A stretch of DNA of 4,348 bases from a virus (lineage: Duplodnaviria; Heunggongvirae; Uroviricota; Caudoviricetes). Within the stretch, counting starts at the first letter, position 1. Every line of letters begins with the position of its first letter. The position numbers and the translations under genes are program-made. Shown here piece by piece: positions 1-4,348 of this stretch. The notes beneath the pieces are model-generated. The model saw nothing but the letters and a program-made list of their open reading frames with translations, was not told where the DNA came from and did not search any database. The stretch lies in the IMG/VR virus record IMGVR_UViG_2693429662_000006; one strand, given 5' to 3'.

Positions 1-236
1 CCAGGACTGGCCGGCAAACCGGGTACGCGATCTGTTGCCCTGGAAAGTTGATCTGAGCTCTCAGTAAATATCAATACGGTTCTGACGAGCCGCTTACCTG
101 CATCCGTCAGATAAACCGCGATCGCAGGAAAATCCTCTTCGTCAAAAACAACGGGGCGACCATCAAACAGCGTCGCCCCGTGTTCATGCTGCTCGAGTGC
201 ATCCAGCACTGCGGCACGAATGTCAGTGTGTTTCAT
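1..236 (-). CDS. U: Tail tube terminator protein U-like, partial (N-terminal 78 codons; 3' end lies beyond the window start)
   Basis: ATG at 236-234 (minus strand) overlaps the Z stop as ATGA. Hand translation gives MKHTDIRAAVLDALEQHEHGATLFDGRPVVFDEEDFPAIAVYLT..., closely resembling my recollection of the lambda gpU N-terminus. The frame stays open to position 1. Position immediately downstream of Z matches lambda gene order. Not in the supplied ORF track, presumably because no stop codon falls inside the window. Confidence 0.7.
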   Translation of the reverse strand, partial: MKHTDIRAAVLDALEQHEHGATLFDGRPVVFDEEDFPAIAVYLTDAGKRLVRTVLIFTESSDQLSRATDRVPGLPASP

Positions 237-808
237 CGTTTTATCGCAATCCTCAGTTGTTGTTTCAGCGCGGATGCCAGTTCTTTAGGCAGGCGTTCAC
301 GCCGGATACGGTCAACATTCTCATCAAATGCCTGTTTCAGTGGGGCCGCCATCGGGATTTTCACCACCTGAATGGGAAGGCGATTACGCTTTTTCCTTCC
401 CTTGTCGTCATTGCCCTCCTTATATCTGGCCTGGGGAAGACGTTGCATAACATGCCAGCGCCCATTATTTAATCGCTGGATAAATGCCCGCTGATAACGA
501 TGCTGACCGGCTTTGAGTATGCTGTTCGGACGACGCCCCAGCATTCTGATCCCCAGCTTAATCACAGGGAGATCACCGCGGTTAACGATAATTCTGGCAT
601 TCGGATTTCTGACCGTCGCCCGTTTCAGTCTGGACCGTTCCTTTACCAGTTTCCGTCTCACCCTGGTTTCCCGGGCAACCTGTGATGAAGACTGATTAAT
701 CGCCGTTGTGGCCACGCGGTTAATCGTCATTGCTGAAGCCGCCGGAATGGCGTTTTTACGAACCCGGCTCAGATTATCAATCGCCTGAGCAAGCCCTTTT
801 ATCGCCAT
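233..808 (-). CDS. Z: Tail completion protein Z-like (191 aa)
   Basis: ORF 233..808 (-). N-terminus (MAIKGLAQAIDNLSR...AMTINRVA...SQVARETRVRRKLVKERSRLKRATV) and C-terminus (VVKIPMAAPL...RIRRERLPKEL...QQLRIAIKR) match the remembered lambda gpZ sequence; the central part is more divergent. ATG at 808-806 preceded by CAGGGTG (weak Shine-Dalgarno). Confidence 0.9.
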   Translation of the reverse strand: MAIKGLAQAIDNLSRVRKNAIPAASAMTINRVATTAINQSSSQVARETRVRRKLVKERSRLKRATVRNPNARIIVNRGDLPVIKLGIRMLGRRPNSILKAGQHRYQRAFIQRLNNGRWHVMQRLPQARYKEGNDDKGRKKRNRLPIQVVKIPMAAPLKQAFDENVDRIRRERLPKELASALKQQLRIAIKR

Positions 809-823
809 AATTTCACCCTGCGT

Positions 824-1177
824 TTATCGTCGCCGGTTAACAGCGGGTGGTTGCCCACGGTTGAGCCAGAGATAACAGCTTCCCCCGTCATCCGGAGAAA
901 CACGATCCACCCAGAACATCTCGCCGTTAATGGTCAGCGTGTCACCACGCCGCACGGCACGCACCGTATCCGTCCGCACAAATAATGACGGGCTGCTTCC
1001 TTCAATACGGACCCCGCCACCGGCAAAACCCAGCGACTCCGGATCGTCAAAAACCCCCTGAACTTCGCCGCCACGTTGTGCCCCCGAGGTGAACTGCGCA
1101 CAGAGCCCCATCACTTCAACAATCGTTCTGTCCACCCCGGCAAGGGCAGCATCAAAGGAATTCTCAAAATCACGCAT
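824..1177 (-). CDS. FII: Head-tail joining / head completion protein FII-like (117 aa)
   Basis: ORF 824..1177 (-), 117 aa, the same length as lambda gpFII. Motifs GVFDDPE, VRIEGSSPSLFVRTD, RRGDTLTI, FWVDRVSPDDGGSC, LWL.RG.PPAVNRRR match lambda gpFII from memory. The ATG at 1177-1175 overlaps the FI stop. Confidence 0.92.
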   Translation of the reverse strand: MRDFENSFDAALAGVDRTIVEVMGLCAQFTSGAQRGGEVQGVFDDPESLGFAGGGVRIEGSSPSLFVRTDTVRAVRRGDTLTINGEMFWVDRVSPDDGGSCYLWLNRGQPPAVNRRR

Positions 1178-1538
1178 AAACGGCCATTCCGCTCCTAACC
1201 ATGTCTTTTGCCACTGAGGGGGGCATCAGAATTACTCTGCCAGCATCAACATGCTCAACAGGCTCACCTGTTTCATCGTCAACACCGCACAGGTAAAAAC
1301 ACTTCAGAAGCCTGATACGTTCCAGAATACCAACGTCATCCTCACCGGTGTGCCTGCATGCCTGCTCATGAACGGTATCATCAACATCTGCGATTTCATT
1401 TTCCGAGGCGCAAACCTCCTCTTCCCACTCTGCCACACGCTGTGCGATATCCGCAGCACTCCCCGACATATCCGCCTCGCGCCCCAGCAGACCAGCCAGT
1501 TCACGAAGACGTTTCTGATTTTCTTCTTTTGTTGCCAT
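1170..1538 (-). CDS. FI: DNA-packaging / head assembly protein FI-like (122 aa from ATG at 1538)
   Basis: The track ORF 1170..1586 begins at a GTG. I prefer the in-frame ATG at 1538-1536 because it is preceded by AGGGAG (Shine-Dalgarno) at a 6-nt spacing and because the longer version would run into the terminator hairpin. Product MATKEENQKRLRELAGLLGREADMSGSAADIAQRVAEWEEE... has the helical N-terminus and acidic centre typical of lambda gpFI. Position between E and FII. Confidence 0.8.
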   Translation of the reverse strand: MATKEENQKRLRELAGLLGREADMSGSAADIAQRVAEWEEEVCASENEIADVDDTVHEQACRHTGEDDVGILERIRLLKCFYLCGVDDETGEPVEHVDAGRVILMPPSVAKDMVRSGMAVYA

Positions 1539-1552
1539 ATCCAGCTCCCTGT

Positions 1553-1581
1553 GAAAAAAACACGGGGGCATTTCGCCCCCG
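1553..1581 (-). terminator. Intrinsic (Rho-independent) terminator-like hairpin immediately downstream of the major capsid gene
   Basis: Minus-strand RNA reads CGGGGGC-GAAAU-GCCCCCG followed by UGUUUUUUU: a 7-bp G/C stem, 5-nt loop and a run of seven U. It starts 8 nt after the E stop codon (1592-1590) and ends 15 nt before the FI ATG. Confidence 0.7.
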
Positions 1582-1589
1582 CTCACGGA

Positions 1590-2618
1590 TTATTTCACCT
1601 GTACCACCACAAACTCATCCGGATCCGGCAGCACCATCAGCGGCGCGGACTGCGTCATGGTGAATTCACAGGACGGATCGCCCACGGTCAGCCAGTGTTT
1701 CGGGTAACGGGAAGAAGCCACCACTCCTTCAGACAACGCCTGTGCATCCTTAATGGCTCCATAGCAACGAATCCCCTCTGCTGCCGTATTCCCCAGCACC
1801 AGCGTGCCCTCCGGCAGATAACGTTTTTCGGTACCGTCCTCTGCCACATAAGACGTTTTCGCCACCACAATGGCCAGATCGCCGTAATACCCCTTGAAGG
1901 ATACCACTGCGCCCAGATCTTTCACTGCCGTTTCGAGTTGTGAATTTGAACCGCGACGGGTATCCATTTTTTCGCGGAAAAGCTTAAAGCCATTCAGCAG
2001 ACGCCAGACGGTACCGTCCATAATGGCAATATTCACAAGACCACTGGCCTGATCACAGAAAAGGTCGATATCATATGTCGGGTCGAACGTGTCACGATCC
2101 TGTTTTGACCACTCCTTACCGCTACCTTGTATGATGTTATTCTTCGTCGATCGGCCAAAATCGACTTCAATTTTCTCGAACTGGTCTCCTTCCATCGTAT
2201 ATTTGCCATACAGCACGGCATTCACCGCCTGCATTTCTTCCACCTGCACAATAGCGTGCTCTTCCTGTTTGAGGTTATCAGTGATGATACGCAGACGACG
2301 GTAGGCCGGGTCGTTCAGCTGAGCCGGATCTTCACCGGGAAGGCGCTCAACCGCCTGCTGGTAATTAAATTCGTGTTTCGGCTTGACGTAGCCCGGACGC
2401 AACACGCGGGTTTCACCACCACGATGGCGCAGCACTTTTCCTTCAACGATCGGGGAGACATAGGCCGCCACCGGCGTTTTTCCGGTAATTTTGTCCAGCA
2501 TCACCTCTTCGGTGTGGAAATTCACCGTACGGCGGAAAAACAGCTCCAGAAATAGCGCACGGAATTTCACTTTTTGTTCGGTATAACCGAGTAACTGGCG
2601 GGTCGTAAACAATCCCAT
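1590..2618 (-). CDS. E: Major capsid protein E-like (342 aa)
   Basis: ORF 1590..2618 (-). Long collinear similarity to remembered lambda gpE (341 aa): YVSPIV.G.V.R.RGG, PGYVKPKHE, DPAYRRLRII, VEEMQAV.AVL.GKYTM, DTRRGSNS.LETAVKDLG, YGD.AIVV, LGNT, RYPK.W.T.GDP..EFTM.QSAPLM.L.DPDEFV. ATG at 2618-2616 preceded by AAGGAA at about 7 nt. Confidence 0.96.
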   Translation of the reverse strand: MGLFTTRQLLGYTEQKVKFRALFLELFFRRTVNFHTEEVMLDKITGKTPVAAYVSPIVEGKVLRHRGGETRVLRPGYVKPKHEFNYQQAVERLPGEDPAQLNDPAYRRLRIITDNLKQEEHAIVQVEEMQAVNAVLYGKYTMEGDQFEKIEVDFGRSTKNNIIQGSGKEWSKQDRDTFDPTYDIDLFCDQASGLVNIAIMDGTVWRLLNGFKLFREKMDTRRGSNSQLETAVKDLGAVVSFKGYYGDLAIVVAKTSYVAEDGTEKRYLPEGTLVLGNTAAEGIRCYGAIKDAQALSEGVVASSRYPKHWLTVGDPSCEFTMTQSAPLMVLPDPDEFVVVQVK

Positions 2619-2646
2619 AAATCAGTTCCTTTCATTCAGAAATCAG

Positions 2647-2668
2647 TCAGGCCACCATGGTGGCCTGA
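2647..2668. repeat. Perfect 22-bp palindrome (TCAGGCCACCATGGTGGCCTGA) in the D-E intergenic region; potential stem-loop in the late transcript
   Basis: The sequence at 2647-2668 equals its own reverse complement. It sits 8 nt after the D stop (2678-2676) and 28 nt before the E ATG. On the minus-strand RNA it would form a 9-10 bp GC-rich stem, followed only by a weak U-tract (CUGAUUUCUG). Confidence 0.6.
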
Positions 2669-2675
2669 TAACGTG

Positions 2676-3023
2676 TTACGGCAGAGCCGCGTGACTCAGG
2701 GCTGTGCCGGCAAAGGCATTTGCCTTTTTGTGTTCATCCACACTGTCAGGCCAGCGGATTGCCTCCGTCGCAAAGGTCCCCGACTTGTAATAGGTCAGCA
2801 CCGTCTCTGTGCCTTCAAGCGGCAGTACCAGTATGCCAACCGCACTACCGGCTTTCTGTCCATCCCAGACCACCAGTTTCCCGGTGGCTTCATCCAGCAT
2901 CAGGGGCGTCAGAGCCGGTGTTGCAGAAGAAATCCCGCTGCTGCCTGTGGCGGTATGAGCCGGATCATTACCAGCAAAAATACGTACTTCCGCACGCTGT
3001 TCAGTGATGGTTTTCGTCACCAT
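2676..3023 (-). CDS. D: Head decoration protein D-like (115 aa)
   Basis: ORF 2676..3023 (-). DPAHTATG, TPLMLD, KLV.WDG, AVGIL, YKSGTF, KK.AFAGTA match remembered lambda gpD (110 aa). ATG at 3023-3021. Position between C/Nu3 and E. Confidence 0.92.
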   Translation of the reverse strand: MVTKTITEQRAEVRIFAGNDPAHTATGSSGISSATPALTPLMLDEATGKLVVWDGQKAGSAVGILVLPLEGTETVLTYYKSGTFATEAIRWPDSVDEHKKANAFAGTALSHAALP

Positions 3024-3059
3024 TTTGTTAAAACCTCATATTGATGGTCAGCACTGACT

Positions 3060-3662
3060 TCATGGCATGGCCATGAGCATTTTCACGTCCGCATCACCGT
3101 CTGCTGACGTCTGTGACACGCCACCCCGCACCGCTGCCGGTGAATGATTCGCCATGAAATGTTCAAACAGGGCGGTTGTGGATGCAGAGACCGGTTCGGC
3201 CTTACCTGATCCCGCAGCCAGCACAGCCCGGGCGTTCTCCACGGTCATTCCCGGGCAGGCAGCCAGTTTTTCAGCCTGCGCTTCTGCCCCTTTTGCCTCA
3301 TCCAGGGCCATGATCTGATCACGAAGTGAGGGCCCGGCATCCGCCAGTGGTGCAGCCGCCAGGATCGGGCGGGCTTTTTCCACCGTCATCTCCGGCATCG
3401 CCGCCAGCGTTGCCGCCAGTTGTTCACGACCGTTCGCTTCTTCACACGCCATAATGCGATCGGCTTCACTCTGCGCGGATGCCACCGGCTGCTGCGGTGC
3501 CGCCGCGGCCAGAATCGCCCGGGCCTGTTCAACGCTCATGCCCTGTTGCCCTGCCAGCATCGTGGCAAGCTGTTCACGTCCTTTCGCTTCCTGACACGTC
3601 AGGATCCCCATCACTCGCTGGTTCTCCTGCACTGCGGCTTCCGTTGCAGTTAATTGCGGCAT
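3060..3662 (-). CDS. Nu3: Nu3-like scaffolding protein, nested in-frame within the 3' part of C (200 aa from internal ATG at 3662)
   Basis: In-frame ATG at 3662-3660 (Met229 of the window ORF) is preceded on the minus strand by CAGAGGAGGCACT-ATG, a strong Shine-Dalgarno (GAGGAGG). The resulting 200-aa product matches the lambda arrangement, in which about 200 aa Nu3 is translated from an internal start in the C frame. The alternative in-frame ATG at 3701 (Met216) has no Shine-Dalgarno. Confidence 0.6.
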   Translation of the reverse strand: MPQLTATEAAVQENQRVMGILTCQEAKGREQLATMLAGQQGMSVEQARAILAAAAPQQPVASAQSEADRIMACEEANGREQLAATLAAMPEMTVEKARPILAAAPLADAGPSLRDQIMALDEAKGAEAQAEKLAACPGMTVENARAVLAAGSGKAEPVSASTTALFEHFMANHSPAAVRGGVSQTSADGDADVKMLMAMP

Positions 3663-4348
3663 AGTGCCTCCTCTGACATTACTGTTCAGCGCCGTGGCCA
3701 TCACACTGATGGCATCCGACGCATTGATTAATTCATCCGCCAGCCCGGCCTCAATGCCGGACTGACCTTCAAAAACGGCGGCCTCTGTTCCCGTGACGGC
3801 ATCAACAGACAGACCGGTAAACATCGCCACTTTTTCGGCAAACATCCGGCGCGCCGCATCAATGCGCTGCTGCATGTCCTGGCGAACCTCTGCCGGTAAG
3901 GCTTCAAACTGATTGCCATCCACCTTGTGCGCCCCTGAGTAAATCAGCGTGATATCCACACCGGCCTGCGCCAGATGACCGGCATAGCTGACATGGCTCA
4001 TCATCACGCCAATGGAGCCGATACGGGATGTCTGGGTAACCAGCCGTCGGGAGCAGGCCGACGCCAGCAGCATGGCTGCAGAACAGGCCGTGTCATTGCA
4101 CAGTGCCCAGACCGGCTTCTGCTGACGGAGGCGGTAAATCATGTCAGCGCAGTCAAACGCGCCGGCGGCCTGCCCGCCCGGACTGTCAATGTCCAGCAGT
4201 ACGCCCCGCACCTGGCTATCCGCCATTGCCTGCTGAAGACAGGCGACAATACCGTCATAGCCTGTCATTCCGGAAAATGGCCGCATACCCCCCAGCCGGT
4301 GCACCAGCGTGCCGGTCACCGGCAGTACAGCAATACCGTTCACCACCC
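3060..4348 (-). CDS. C: Head protease / scaffold protein C-like (S49-type prohead protease domain with C-terminal Nu3-like scaffold region); 5'-truncated by the window edge
   Basis: ORF 3060..4346 (-), 428 aa in the window. The first codon is GTG, and the corresponding position in remembered lambda gpC is an internal Val (…VMNGIAVLPVSGTL…), so the true start lies beyond 4348. Protease-domain motifs: MTGYDGI, LLDIDSPGG, AGAFDCAD, KPVWAL.ND...SA..LLASA.SRRLVTQT.R.GSIGVMM.H, ITLIYSG.HKVDGN, MFA.KV...TGLSV. C-terminal region: IMGIL.C.EA.GRE…PGMTV…AR.ILAAAP. Confidence 0.9.
   Translation of the reverse strand, partial: VVNGIAVLPVTGTLVHRLGGMRPFSGMTGYDGIVACLQQAMADSQVRGVLLDIDSPGGQAAGAFDCADMIYRLRQQKPVWALCNDTACSAAMLLASACSRRLVTQTSRIGSIGVMMSHVSYAGHLAQAGVDITLIYSGAHKVDGNQFEALPAEVRQDMQQRIDAARRMFAEKVAMFTGLSVDAVTGTEAAVFEGQSGIEAGLADELINASDAISVMATALNSNVRGGTMPQLTATEAAVQENQRVMGILTCQEAKGREQLATMLAGQQGMSVEQARAILAAAAPQQPVASAQSEADRIMACEEANGREQLAATLAAMPEMTVEKARPILAAAPLADAGPSLRDQIMALDEAKGAEAQAEKLAACPGMTVENARAVLAAGSGKAEPVSASTTALFEHFMANHSPAAVRGGVSQTSADGDADVKMLMAMP
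3213..3620 (-). repeat. Three tandem, diverged copies (~150 bp / ~50 aa each) of a coding repeat inside the C/Nu3 scaffold region
   Basis: Protein copies: QRVMGILTCQEAKGREQLATMLAGQQGMSVEQARAILAAAAPQ / DRIMACEEANGREQLAATLAAMPEMTVEKARPILAAAPL / RDQIMALDEAKGAEAQAEKLAACPGMTVENARAVLAAG. DNA copies on the plus strand, e.g. gccagttgttcacgaccgttcgcttcttcacacgccat (about 3415-3452) versus gcaagctgttcacgtcctttcgcttcctgacacgtc (about 3565-3600), and gccagaatcgcccgggcctgttcaacgctcatg versus gccaggatcgggcgggctttttccaccgtcatc. Confidence 0.8.

Noticed and set aside
1539-1586. Longer FI ORF starting at the GTG at 1586 (138 aa)
   Set aside because: The extension would be translated through the terminator hairpin and U-tract and has no Shine-Dalgarno, whereas the ATG at 1538 has AGGGAG at ideal spacing and gives a product of the expected size.
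1251-1943. 230-aa plus-strand ORF (and other plus-strand ORFs at 180-472, 500-695, 1358-1663, 2089-2555, 2673-3044, 3420-3664)
   Set aside because: All lie antisense to minus-strand genes with strong similarity to lambda head/tail proteins. Their translations are rich in His/Arg/Cys/Phe with no recognisable motifs or ribosome-binding sites, and the 230-aa ORF runs straight across the E-FI terminator and gene boundary. They are typical antisense open frames in moderately GC-rich coding DNA.
2651-2660. GCCACCATGG, identical to the eukaryotic Kozak consensus and containing an NcoI site, which could suggest an engineered construct
   Set aside because: It is the centre of a perfect 22-bp palindrome in a native-looking phage intergenic region. 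No vector-like sequence, tag or cloning scar surrounds it, and gene content and spacing are those of a natural lambdoid late operon. Most likely coincidental.
3213-3620. Possible CRISPR array or non-coding tandem repeat
   Set aside because: The repeats are about 150 bp, diverged, with no unique spacers between them, and they sit in-frame inside a long ORF whose translation is a coherent repeated protein motif. This is a coding repeat, not CRISPR.
3699-3701. Alternative Nu3 start at in-frame ATG (Met216)
   Set aside because: No Shine-Dalgarno upstream, whereas the ATG at 3662 is preceded by GAGGAGG. Kept only as an alternative.
1-4348. Embedded cargo (moron), defence or toxin-antitoxin gene, tRNA or other small RNA gene, insertion sequence
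   Set aside because: All minus-strand coding space is accounted for by U, Z, FII, FI, E, D and C/Nu3 homologues in canonical order. The gaps (15, 51, 57 and 36 bp) are too short to hold a gene. No cloverleaf-like tRNA structure or inverted terminal repeats were seen. This window looks like an ordinary structural module, not an accessory island.

Overview
The whole window is a compact, co-directional block of lambda-like (lambdoid) phage head and head-tail-joining genes, all on the minus strand in canonical lambda order: C/Nu3 (5' end off the window at 4348) - D - E - FI - FII - Z - U (3' end off the window at 1). Assignments rest on reading the translated ORFs against remembered lambda protein sequences; no database search was run. 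The proteins are clearly diverged from lambda itself, so this is a lambdoid relative, most likely a prophage in an enterobacterial genome or a phage genome. Intergenic gaps are 57 bp or less and contain only ribosome-binding sites, one intrinsic terminator-like hairpin after the major capsid gene, and one perfect palindrome between D and E. I find no room for, and no evidence of, a cargo gene, defence system, RNA gene, CRISPR array or mobile element; the long plus-strand ORFs are antisense artefacts. The most unusual feature visible in the sequence is a three-fold tandem repeat of a ~50-aa helical module in the C-terminal (Nu3/scaffold) part of the C reading frame.
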